Source: Mayamaea pseudoterrestris
Lineage: Eukaryota
Assembly: GCA_027923505.1 (NCBI GenBank)
Contig: BROI01000021.1
Coordinates: forward strand, 62,001 to 126,000
DNA: 64,000 nucleotides
Reading direction: 5' to 3'
Part shown: piece by piece, positions 53,571-64,000 of the stretch
Numbering within the stretch: the first letter of the stretch is position 1
How the letters are laid out: each line of letters begins with the position of its first letter
Notes under the pieces: generated by a model
Told to the model about the DNA's origin: nothing
Databases searched by the model: none
What the model saw: only the letters and a program-made list of their open reading frames with translations
Translations under genes and position numbers: made by a program

Positions 53571-55934
53571 CTACACCCACATGGAAGCACTTTTTCCCAG
53601 TCGTTCTTGGATTTTATCAATACTTCGTGCCACCTGTCGGCGCGAAGGGTGATCGGAGGCAAGGTTCGCCCTTTGCCATTGCATGACCAGCAAAAAGCAT
53701 TTTAAAGCGTCTTCAAGGCAGCCAACATTATTGTACAAGGCTCCCATCAAGGACATCGTTTCAACACAAGGCGTGCTTTCCTTTCCAAACCGAGCATTCT
53801 GAGACCGCAAGCACCCTTGTAAAATGAGCAGAGCATTTTTAGCTTGGTCGTCCTTAGCTCGCACGAGCGCCAAACTGGTAAGATTTGAAAGTACTAAATC
53901 ATGATCCTTTCGAAATATTGTAGTAAGCATCAACAATGCTTCTTCGTATGCATAGTAAGAAAGCTGATAGTCTTCTCGCTCCATGTAGAGCTTGCCCATG
54001 TTTCCCAGTGTCGTGGCAGCATCGAAGACAATGGCGTCCCTTCGGATTTCGCCTTCTAATAGCATCCGCTGAATCTCCAACGATGCTGTAAAATCGTTCA
54101 GCGCCGAGGCAAAGTTCCTTTTCATAAAATTTATGACCCCCATATTGTTCAGCAGCTTGGAGCGCAGCCCCGACGTCTCGTGCGTCAATGGCACTGCCAG
54201 CTGCATGCCGAACAGAGCCTCCTCAAATCTACCAATGGCAAAATGCATCATAGCCTTTCGCGCTATGGACACTGCTATATCAGGATGGTCCTTGGGCAGC
54301 GTCTTTTGCCTTTCCTGGATGGCTTCATGAAAGTTCATCAAGGCATTTTCATAATCTCCCTGATACATGTAAATGACACCGATATTGTGCATGGTTGCTC
54401 CCCTCATGAAACGTAAACCTTGATAATCTTCCGACATTCGATCTTTTAAAAGTTCAATACCTTGAAGTAGCTTCTTTAAAATGCGCAGAGCTGCACCAAA
54501 CCGTCCCATACTTAGCGAAACACCTATAAAAGAATGTATCGTTTCCAAATGCGATCGCTCTGAAACGCAAAACGTATTTTCGTCCAAATCAATTGGAATG
54601 GAATTCTCTGCTGCCAATGTCAATAAAGGGTCGTCGTCAAGAATCGCTTCTAACGTCGCGTGTGGCGGTGCCTTCTCGCCCCAAAGCGTTGACCAGAGGT
54701 GCACCGTAGGTATAGCAGTGCTGGTCGACATGGATAGCTCCTCAGAAGTCTCGCAATCATCACTATGACTGTTCGCCGGAAATAGGCCTGGAAGTTCCGA
54801 TCCGACCAATGAGCGTGGTGATGTACTGCGATAAATCTTGGTTAACGCATCATTACCCAAGTCCGAGTCAGACCAAGGTACCGTCACTGCATCAGCCCCG
54901 CAAAAGCATGACGACGAGTCCATCAAATCACTGGAAATAATCTCTCGTTGCTCTACGCGAACACTCCAGCGGTTGTCCGCTCCTGGGACAAACCCTTCGA
55001 GCACGATCTCAGGTATTTCACTTCCAGACGATGTCCATAACATATTGTTGATCATTTTGGCTGGCGTGAGCTTCTTTGCAATTCCAGTCGCCGTACAGGA
55101 AATGCTTGGAGACAATTCCCAGAGTGCGTCCGCACTTGCTGGTATTTCATCCGCACCATCTTCTATTGCTGGCATGGGTAGCGATTCAAACTGTGCTGGA
55201 CCCAGCGAAATAGCATCCAATCCATCCAAGCGGCAAATGACGGATTGATCGTGCATAAATTGCTTGACTTGCTGCTCCATTGGATTTGATCTAACCCTCC
55301 GGCCCGTCTTCGATTGCTGATGCTCAAACGACCCCAATCGTGGCCGGAATCTTCGATTCGTTGCGAATGGCGGTGTTGCTGCTGCGCTTCCATTCTTAAC
55401 GCTGGATCGATTGCTCGTGGCATAGTCGGCCGAATACGAGTGACCTCGGCTCACGAAGTTATTTCCACTTGTTAATTGCTGTCGCTGATGCTGCTGATCC
55501 GGCGCAATCTTTAAGCCAAATACATTTTTGACTTTATCCCATCTCTTTTTCAACAATCCATCCCCCTGCATAGAATAAGTCTTGCAATTTGCTCGGTTCG
55601 AAGCCTTTACGGTATCCGTCGAGTCAATCGTAACATTGGCTGCGCTCGTGACGCTTCCCACGCTTTGAACAGCCGCATCGCTTCCAAGCGAAATACTATC
55701 ATGTCTCTTATGATAATTGTTTTGATTCGAGGTCAGCGAAGACCCTCCGAGTAATTTCGGAACAAGCGCTCCCAGTCCTTTTCGTAGTCTGTTTTCTCGA
55801 TTCGCAGCTCCAGAAACGCTATCCAAATGCTGTTCCTGCGTCCATTCTAAACCAAAGCTCATACAAGAATTGGAAACAATCGGCTCATTGGGGTCATCAA
55901 CAGAGTAGTTGCGAGTATTGCTGCTGTTAACCAT
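53571..55934 (-). CDS. TPR-repeat protein (kinesin-light-chain-like repeats)
   Basis: ATMHNIGVIY, DHPDIA, LLNNMGVI, TLGNMGKLY repeats in the C-terminal half. Confidence 0.82.
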   Translation of the reverse strand: MVNSSNTRNYSVDDPNEPIVSNSCMSFGLEWTQEQHLDSVSGAANRENRLRKGLGALVPKLLGGSSLTSNQNNYHKRHDSISLGSDAAVQSVGSVTSAANVTIDSTDTVKASNRANCKTYSMQGDGLLKKRWDKVKNVFGLKIAPDQQHQRQQLTSGNNFVSRGHSYSADYATSNRSSVKNGSAAATPPFATNRRFRPRLGSFEHQQSKTGRRVRSNPMEQQVKQFMHDQSVICRLDGLDAISLGPAQFESLPMPAIEDGADEIPASADALWELSPSISCTATGIAKKLTPAKMINNMLWTSSGSEIPEIVLEGFVPGADNRWSVRVEQREIISSDLMDSSSCFCGADAVTVPWSDSDLGNDALTKIYRSTSPRSLVGSELPGLFPANSHSDDCETSEELSMSTSTAIPTVHLWSTLWGEKAPPHATLEAILDDDPLLTLAAENSIPIDLDENTFCVSERSHLETIHSFIGVSLSMGRFGAALRILKKLLQGIELLKDRMSEDYQGLRFMRGATMHNIGVIYMYQGDYENALMNFHEAIQERQKTLPKDHPDIAVSIARKAMMHFAIGRFEEALFGMQLAVPLTHETSGLRSKLLNNMGVINFMKRNFASALNDFTASLEIQRMLLEGEIRRDAIVFDAATTLGNMGKLYMEREDYQLSYYAYEEALLMLTTIFRKDHDLVLSNLTSLALVRAKDDQAKNALLILQGCLRSQNARFGKESTPCVETMSLMGALYNNVGCLEDALKCFLLVMQWQRANLASDHPSRRQVARSIDKIQERLGKSASMWV

Positions 55935-56366
55935 GGTAATGCCAGCTGATCATGGAACGAAATCGCTTGATGGCAATCGTCTTTGCTGATTGCTGCTGCT
56001 TGCCTTTACATTCACTTGAAAATCCGGCTAATTTCAGCTCTCGTATACTTGTTAATTCGCTGAATCACGCGGAAACCTCCAAGACGATTCAATTCGTTGA
56101 ATGTGTATACGCTATGAGCCGTCTCTCAACTTTGGCATGCTGCGCAGAACCCGAGCAACATGGTGCTTGGAACGAGTTCTCCGCGGCAGTTGCATGTGTC
56201 AAGACTCGGCTGGCGCTCAGTCGGCGACGTTTCTCGATTCGTGCCGGCGTGTATGACGTCAAAATTTATTGCGGTGCGACATAAAGGTTTCGACGAGGGG
56301 CCGATCGACCATGACAGAAACTCGGCTTGCTTGCAGTATCTGTTTGTTACATATTTGTTTATCACC

Positions 56367-58329
56367 ATGACTGACGAAGCCGCGATTCATCAATTGCACC
56401 AACTACAAGCCCGTACCAGTGGTAGTCGAAATTCTACCATCAGCCGATCGTTGATCCCTCGCTCGCAGCCGCATCAGCAGCAATGTTTGACATGGTCTCG
56501 CGTCCCTGTTCTTGGAATTGAAATTCCTCCACCTAGATCAGGAGCCGCTAGTGTCGTCGTCAACGGAAAACTTTATTGTTTCGGTGGATATGGAGGAGGG
56601 ACTGGTCGATTGGATGATTTCTACTGCTACACCTTTGCGACGCAGACTTGGGAACAAGTTCATGTCAAGAGTCGGGAGCGACCTGGTTGCCGCGAAAACA
56701 ATGGAGTCGTCATAAGTGATAAGTCCGACAAGATTTACCTTTTTGGTGGGTATAACGGGCAAGTTTGGATGAATGACCTATGGGTGTTCGATATTGAATC
56801 GTTTATATGGACATGCATACAGGAGTCGTTGGATGTTCCGGTACTACCGGTAGAAGCTACATTGCCGGCCATTTTGGCGGCGGAGCAGCAACAGCAGCCA
56901 CTTTTGCAAAATTCTGTTGCGGCAGTGGCGGCAGCCGCAGGGGAAACTTCGATTACAGTCAGAGGTCTGCCGCCTTCACGGCGATTTGGCTACGTCTCTG
57001 TGGTCCATCAAGGTGAGTTTCATATGGCGAACGATTGTATGCTCTAGTTGCCAGAAAATGCACCGACGAAGACGTTAACGACTTTTTATGATTATTACAG
57101 GCAAACTTTTAATATTTGGCGGGTTTGACGGATCACGTTGGATGAATGACATGCACGAATTTTGCTTTCAAACCAGCACATGGAAGTCCATTCAAGCGAA
57201 GGGAACTCTCCCATCTGCTCGCTCCTGTCCTGCATGGGCTAAAGATTCCACGCATGTCTATCTGCAAGGAGGCTACGATGGCGTGGAACGGAAATCCGAC
57301 TTTTTTGCCTGCGAATTATCTTCATACACGTGGACGGAACTCGCCAACCTTGGCACTCCACCTTCGCCTCGGTACTTTCACTCCTGCTGCCTTCATGGCA
57401 ACAATATGTATTGCTATGGAGGCTACTCTGGCTCGGAAAGACTCAGCGACATGTTTGTTTATAGCTTTGATTCGAATCACTGGACTCAAGTCGTGGCGAC
57501 TGGCGGAGATGCACCTACTGGTCGGTCGTCACTTGTTGCGCAAGTTTACGAAAACTCATTGTGGATCTTTGGTGGCTATAGCGGATCCACGGTGTTGAAT
57601 GATTTCTACAGGTTCCGTCTGGTTCCAATTGAAGCGCCGCCGCCAGCGCTAGTATCGGATTTGAAGAAGCTTGTCAACAATCAAGACTTGGCAGACGTGC
57701 ATTTCATAGTAGAAGGTCAGGATGTATACGCGCACAAGGCCATTCTTTCGGTGCGTTCTGAGTATTTTCAAGTCATGCTAAGTGGTGGCAGATTTCGGGA
57801 AGGTACAGGTTGTGTTGAGTATGGCAGGTGTTACTCATTGGCATCGGGTCCCTCCACGAGCGACACTGCGGCGCCCATTATACTGCCAGACGTTTCTCAC
57901 AAGGTTTTTGTGAAGGTCCTCGAGTATCTCTACACTGATTCGTTGAATGATATATCGATTGATACTGGCATTCAATTGCTTATTGCGAGTGAATTGTTCA
58001 TGCTGGATCGTCTGAAGGCATTGTGTGAGGATTTAATTCGTCGCGATATTTCTATTGACAATGTGATTGAAATTCTCGTGGCTGCCCACCGCCACCATGC
58101 ATACGGTCTAAAGGATTTGGCACTTGAGTTTATTCTGGCAAATTTGAACGACGCAGTTGTCATGGCGGGCTTGTCCGAACTCAGAGTCGAGCCGGACTTG
58201 TTGTTGGAAATTATCAGGCGGAAAACGGCAGCGCCGGCCGGGACGGTTGTATCATCGCATGGAGCATCAGCGCAAGATGCTACGATAGGGCCTTTTGGCG
58301 GAGGGGTGGAGTGGAATTTTCGACGTTGA
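56367..58329 (+). CDS. Kelch-repeat + BTB/POZ protein (LZTR1-like), 2 exons (intron 57013-57100)
   Basis: Six FGGY-type kelch repeats; ADVHFIVEG...AHKAILSVRSEYF; LEYLYTD. Confidence 0.9.
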
Positions 58330-58435
58330 TGGACACTGTAATTGATAAAATATGAAGCTTGACGTTGTTTGCATGCTGTAATTTAAAACATATCTGCAAA
58401 GAGATAACATAACCTGCTTCTATGGTGGTTTCTAC

Positions 58436-59302
58436 CTATCCAATGACAACTTTGCGAGCAATCGAGTGTCGACTGAAAAAGTCTGAGCGTTCATACGACT
58501 CTCGCTTCTTGCCCGAAAGAAACCAGCGCGACCGATGATTGCTGACTTGCTGCTTTGTATTCGCCTTATCCAATTGTTTGGTAACATGAACAAGCGCCTT
58601 ATCATGCGTCTGGACAGTGCTTGCCATTGCGTCACTCATGCGAACCAGTTGTTCAATCTGCGAGCCAAGTCCTTCAAGCTGCACCTCAATGTCAGCGTCT
58701 GCTTGCTCTAGCTGGTTCCATTCATCGTTTCTAGTCTCGTCGGCAACTATTCCAAAGAGCAATCCCTTGCGATCTGAGTTGCTACAAGTTGTTGATGAAT
58801 TCTTCTTTCTCGACTTGCTGCTACTGCTACTGTTACTGCCACGGCTGTTATACATCGAGCGACGTTCGCTATGCTTGGTGACCGTCGAAACGTGTGAAGA
58901 AGCAATTTCATTCTCGGCTTCAATTTGCGAATCAATCTCGGCCGCTCGCTCCTTGGCTTTCGAAGCCATATTTGCTCGAAATTGTTCTTCCTTCTTGACT
59001 AATTTGCAAGCTGCTCGCGCATTTGTGAAGCGCAGACTGTTGAAACTGTAGCGATTCAGCAGTTTTTCCGTCGTATTGACGGAGACCTCCAAGCGATCAC
59101 CTTCCACCATGATTTTATCCAAATGTTCGCGCTGCTCCTGAAGTTCAGCCAACGTAGTGCATCCAATCAGCGTCGTGTCTGATACTTGACTCTTAATTCG
59201 GTCAATGGCCCGACGAGTGGCGGTCTGAAGCTTGGCAGCTTGACGGAGGGTTTGAACGTTGTCGTTGCTGCTTTCGCAAGGTTGAATTTGAGCAGCTGAC
59301 AT
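58436..59302 (-). CDS. SNAP-25-like Qbc SNARE
   Basis: Two coiled-coil SNARE motifs (TLAELQEQREHL; MASTVQTHDKAL); no TM. Confidence 0.6.
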   Translation of the reverse strand: MSAAQIQPCESSNDNVQTLRQAAKLQTATRRAIDRIKSQVSDTTLIGCTTLAELQEQREHLDKIMVEGDRLEVSVNTTEKLLNRYSFNSLRFTNARAACKLVKKEEQFRANMASKAKERAAEIDSQIEAENEIASSHVSTVTKHSERRSMYNSRGSNSSSSSKSRKKNSSTTCSNSDRKGLLFGIVADETRNDEWNQLEQADADIEVQLEGLGSQIEQLVRMSDAMASTVQTHDKALVHVTKQLDKANTKQQVSNHRSRWFLSGKKRESYERSDFFSRHSIARKVVIG

Positions 59303-59741
59303 TATATCAAAGCGGCAGAAGATTATATCTGGAGCTGAACAAAATTAGGAGCTGCTGCTCGATCTTGCAAACTTGTGATGATACCAGTAGTACCAAAAGG
59401 AGTCGATCGAGAGACGATTAATGGCGACGGTTCCCTTTGAATCTTGTGATGCATTCAAATCGAGTCATGAGTTGGCTTTTGTGCTCCGACAACTTTTACT
59501 ACTTCGCTATCCTGAGATGGCCTATACAGCGTTCTTTGTCGAGTATGTTGTTATCACGCTAATTGTATTGTAGCTGCAGCGTTAGATAGTGAAAATGGGC
59601 GTACGCAAACACACTTATAACGCTTTTAAAGATAATTTGTTCGCATGCATACAGGTGCACGCACAAGTTGCTACAGTGATCTTCCAAATCGATTGTTCGT
59701 ATTATCTCGCAACGAAAACAAACCGCCTTGCTATATTTCGT

Positions 59742-61273
59742 CTACGCTTGGCTAGACTTGTTTTGATCCGCCTCCTGTTGCCGCTGCTTGGCCTTTTTCA
59801 TCATGACTTCGTTCCACTTTTCCAGCTTGCGCATTTGGTTTTCTTCCTTCTCCTTGGCACGGCGATGCATCCATCCTATAAAACCAGCATCGCTTCCTTC
59901 CTTGGGAGGCGCAGCTCCAGCTATATCTTTGGCAGTCAGCTGTGTCGTCCCGTAGCTTGAACCGCCCTCTCCGATAGGTGCCAGTTCCGGTTCTGGCAAG
60001 CCGCCACTTCCACGAGCCAAGCCTCCCAATCCAGCTTGCGCCCGACGTATTCGACTATTGCGTAGCTCCTCGACGCGTCGAGCTTGCTCGTCGGCAATCT
60101 GGTCCGCGTCCATTCCTTGATACTGCTCCAACAGCTTTGGAATGTCATCGTATCCCTCGCGCGCCACCTCAATCAAAAATGGAAGTATACGCAGCAAAGA
60201 ATCATCTGTCCGATCCGTTGGGTCGTTGTAAGGTTTGATCCGGATCAGATTTTCTTTATTGAACTGAACTTCCTCTGGATCATCATCGAGGACAATCATG
60301 CGCTTCATGTTTCTGTTTAGTCTGCGAAGGTCCTTGACATGAACCCCGTTGTGATAATACGTTGCGTCACGATACAATCGATGAAGAATGCAACCATCCT
60401 TATCAAGGCTCGTCACGACTGGATCAGCAATTCCATCAATGCTTGGCGAGTAAAGGACAATCTCATAGTACTGGGCAAGCTCGTGGAGAAACTTATCAAC
60501 GCCTGGGCGCTTGGCGTGTCTCCATCCGTACTTACGGTCCCATGTCGAGCTGACAAGTGTATTCTCCAAGTCCAAGACGAGAGTTGGAGGAACTGGAATG
60601 TCGTGTGGAACGTTGGGCATCTAATAGACGACAAGAGTAAGGATGGACCAGAAAGAATTGAAGAGAAAGAAAGGGTGAGTTTTCCGTTTACCCTCTAGTT
60701 GCTTGGACGGTAAATGATGGTACGATACGATTGAGGGTCTTCCATTTAGAGCTACCGGTGGTGGTCATCAAACTTAATCCCATTCTCTGCATGCTGCACC
60801 TTCGCAATTATTCTCAACACGACTGGCTTTCAACTTACCTGCGACCAATCCGGAAGCAATTTATCAAAAGACGGTTTTGCAAAACTATCCGTGAATGATC
60901 CAACAAAGTCCGATAGTCCAATCATCCGACTGAATTTAGCTGGCGGACTCTCTTCGTCCGATGCACCCCAAATTAGCAGTCCACTTGGAAGCGCCACGGC
61001 GACATACCACATCCAGCGAGACATCTTCATGCTTGGCGTTCCAATGTTCTTTGCTGCAACATCTGAAGTTGCTACAGTATCTCCTCCTAGCTGCGCTAGT
61101 CGCTGCGTCGCCTGTTTCTTGCGAGCAGCTCGAATGGCGGCTCGTTCCTGCACGGACACCTCGCGACGAGCGGATGCTGACGAAGTCGTTAGACGCCAGC
61201 GACTGCTAACTACTAGTGGATTGCTGGTACATGCACGTGCACGAATGACTCCGCGGGTAGCTAATGAGAGCAT
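59742..61273 (-). CDS. TIM50: Mitochondrial import subunit Tim50, 2 exons (intron 60621-60838)
   Basis: Mitochondrial-type presequence, TM, KLLPD, TLVLDLENTLV, GWRHAKRPGVDKFL, VKDL..LNR. Confidence 0.92.
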
Positions 61274-61708
61274 TTTGCTATTGAATGAAAAAGACAAAAG
61301 CTCAATTAGTCCTAGCTCATGGGCGGAGCGTTTCGATGGATGTGGTTGCGCAGCGGCGCGGCAAAATTAGTACCGCTGCGATGAACGGGTACCGTTGCGA
61401 AGCGAAGGGTACTGAAAGATCCGTACCGTTGCGACATGGCGTTGGAACGGACGGGCTTCTCATCTTCAGATCTAGCTATTCGCCCAATAGCTATCTAAAT
61501 TGGCGTTGCCACGGGCCAACGCCCACGATTAAACATTTGGAGCTGTAGCTCACGTTTATTAGTATAGTAGTCGATGGATAAAAGTGCTCATAATTTTTAA
61601 TCACCCGACGTATCAGGTACTTGTACTACAACATAGTAGCCGTACGGTAAAGTAGAAGATTTGACGACCATACAGGTATACAACCAAACATTTTATTCAG
61701 TTATCAAT

Positions 61709-62599
61709 TTATGACTCACCAGAAGATGCAGACTCTGACTCAACGGCGCTAATGACTGCTTGAGTCTCCGTCTTGGTGAGAATCTTAGTGACAACCTGCC
61801 CGTTGTCATCCAACGCCATGGTGAATAGCTCCATCTTTTCCGCCGCCGTCGTTCCACTTCCATCCATAGTCTTGTTCAAAACCTTGACAGCCAGTCGCAG
61901 GGCTCCTTGTACATCCGGAATGCTTCCACTCTCGTCGTCGTCATCCGCCATCTTTTCCTCTCCCTCTGGCTGTTTTTGATAGTCCGACTTGAGAATCGTC
62001 TTGCCGGCCTGATTATTGGCACCAATCACAGTCGCCTTCCAGCCAGAGTAGTTTCCACTAGGATCACTCTGGTACAACTGGAATCCATAATGCTCGTCGT
62101 ATCCAGCAAACAAAAAAGCGACTCCAAAGGGACGCAATCCACCTCGCTGCGTGAAGTATTGCTTGTAGTTGCAGACGTATTCGACCAACTGCTCCATGGG
62201 AATTGGCTCCTGATACTGATATTGGTAACGGCCCGCTCGAAGTCTCGCTTGATCAATCAAAATGTTGGCATCTGCCGTCAATCCAGCGACGTTGCAGGCG
62301 GCGTGCTTAGCGAGAAAATAAGTCTTCTCCGACGTCTTGGCAGGCGCCAGCAACCCGCTCGTGATGCGGCGCTCGCTTGCCATGACAATTCCATCCTTGG
62401 CGAGAATACCGACGCATGTTCCGGCGTTATTGATGGCTTCTATCGCGTACTCGACCTGTAAATAAATAACAGTCAATGAGAGGATGTCACGCAAGGCAGC
62501 AAGGCTACAACTATTACTAGCAGACTTCCTTATAATTACCTGATGCAGTCGACCTTCGGGAGAGAATGTCGTCGTGGAGGCGTCATAACGTCGAGCCAT
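61709..62599 (-). CDS. PSMA4: 20S proteasome alpha3 subunit, 2 exons (intron 62456-62539)
   Basis: MARRYDASTTTFSPEGRLHQ|VEYA, AGLTADANIL, GGLRPFGV, SDPSGNYSGWKA. Confidence 0.95.
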   Translation of the reverse strand: MARRYDASTTTFSPEGRLHQVIIRKSASNSCSLAALRDILSLTVIYLQVEYAIEAINNAGTCVGILAKDGIVMASERRITSGLLAPAKTSEKTYFLAKHAACNVAGLTADANILIDQARLRAGRYQYQYQEPIPMEQLVEYVCNYKQYFTQRGGLRPFGVAFLFAGYDEHYGFQLYQSDPSGNYSGWKATVIGANNQAGKTILKSDYQKQPEGEEKMADDDDESGSIPDVQGALRLAVKVLNKTMDGSGTTAAEKMELFTMALDDNGQVVTKILTKTETQAVISAVESESASSGES

Positions 62600-63196
62600 G
62601 CTTGGATCAAATGATACGTCGATATGTCGAATGAGAGGCAAGAAGCAGCGGCCGATTGGATCATTGTCGATTCGGACGGATGCGAGAAGATCGAACCTCA
62701 ACCTTACTGATCTAACTGTTGACGTCTGTGCTATGAAATAGTTAGCTATATACATACCTACCGATACGGCAGACTCAGGTTCGTGCTCATGTAGACCCAC
62801 GATTACTAAACTGTACCGTACTCTACAACTACTTGTATCTTCGTTAAACCGAATGAACCAACATGTACCTCCACTGCGTTCCCGTAAAACTAACTGTTTG
62901 CAAGAGCGTGATGCGATTCTCAAGGGATCGTAACTTCTCCACTTCACTTGAACCGTCGCGATAATGGAAACGATTGAATGTGCCACGATTGACAGTCCCG
63001 AACCTCCGCCTTTTCGTCCAGGACCACCGTGTCGGAAGCTACTCAAACATTAAACAACGATGGCATTATCCAGGATCGTGGATGGTCCGATGTATGTACA
63101 GGACGAGGAAAACGTCTAAAAGCAAGGTCTTAAAAGTTCTCTCACAAATCGGTCGGGATATAGTTGTTATTTTCGTTTTTAATCTGTCGCGAAAAA

Positions 63197-63945
63197 ATGA
63201 TTGCAGCCCGTATCGGTATCCTGCTCATCTTGCTTCTCCCATCGCTTGTTACTGCCGTTTCGTCTCCCATCCGCATTGGCAACAAAGACGACAAACATAA
63301 ACTTGCCACCGCGTCCTTTTTCGAAACGGAGGATTCAATCGCGTAAGTTTCTTCGAGCGGTTGATGATGTACATCGTAAAGTTCCATATTTACTTACCAT
63401 ACACTAAACCTCTCGTTATCTGCAGTGCACTCCATGAAGGCTTTGCAGCACTTGATTATCATTCAAGCTTCTCCATGAGCATGTGGAATAGAAACAAGAA
63501 CACAGCGCTTGTTCCCAACTTGACCAAGAACGACAAGGCTCCACTCAACATGAGTCTCGTGAGCGATGAGCCAACCATCTCACCAGTCAGCACAAGTGCT
63601 TCCAATCATGACGATGCCGAGAGTATTGACAAGTCTGCCGCCTTGCCTGTGGCATCGTCGGCCATAGTGGATGGCCAAGACTTAAACAAGTCAAAAGCGT
63701 TGACCGCAAATCAACAAATCTTGGTTGGCGTTATGGTGGCAGTGGCTGCGGCGACCTTGGTAGGAGCCTTTGCCTACCAGCAATACAAATCTCAAAAGTA
63801 TTCCGAGGCTGCCCGATCTGGCATGTTGGAGGAGGCCGAACTTGATGGCGAGGAAGGAGGCATTGATGGAAGTGAGCAGCAGACTGCTCGTCGCGTCGGA
63901 AATCAATCGCTGATTGATGGGATGGATAGCGACATTGAAGTTTGA
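63197..63945 (+). CDS. Small type I membrane protein, 2 exons (intron 63343-63425)
   Basis: The signal-peptide exon splices in frame to the 194-aa ORF; single TM ILVGVMVAVAAATLVGAFAY. Confidence 0.65.
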
Positions 63946-64000
63946 CCAGTGAAAGGTCAGAGTGGTATGTATACCCATATAATATTTTATGTAGATTGTA

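Noticed and set aside
14591..62599. Proteostasis gene cluster (RPN5, PSMA4, F-box, Kelch-BTB)
   Set aside because: The genes are dispersed among unrelated genes; this is expected by chance in a compact genome.
62600..63046. Long N-terminal extension of proteasome alpha3 in the 445-aa ORF
   Set aside because: The family starts at MARRYD (62599); the upstream open frame is probably incidental.

Overview
Gene-dense eukaryotic nuclear DNA, most likely a diatom (short GT-AG introns, signal peptide + 'AF'-type plastid leaders, CoDi-like copia). The first 12.7 kb holds three nested mobile elements. A Crypton/Ndc10-like tyrosine-recombinase ORF (minus strand, absent from the ORF track, running off the left edge) is split by a young Ty1/copia element (996-12610) with 302-bp LTRs identical by eye, non-canonical AG...TA ends, a GTCTC TSD, and gag and pol in one frame separated by a single TGA. 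The copia gag is in turn split by a 676-bp antisense TRIM (2937-3612) with 206-bp LTRs and a TCTG TSD. Each TRIM LTR carries a tRNA-like Pol III cassette (A-like box, perfect B box in a T-arm hairpin, paired ends, TTTT) whose 3' end plus CCA would match the TRIM's own PBS; this is the most novel-looking signal in the window. An indel-rich internal duplication at ~6150-9370 is probably an assembly artefact. The remaining ~51 kb holds about 25 host genes, including RPN5, ODC, a LIG1-like ligase, an M28 peptidase, RluA, PPR, ZIP, GGTase-I beta, SAL1/HAL2, two DHxC palmitoyltransferase variants next to an Asp-rich membrane protein with a Cys-rich tail, two VHL-like/prolyl-4-hydroxylase paralogs, EXS, GT90, TPR, Kelch-BTB, a SNAP25-like SNARE, TIM50 and proteasome alpha3. 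All calls come from manual motif reading; no searches were run.
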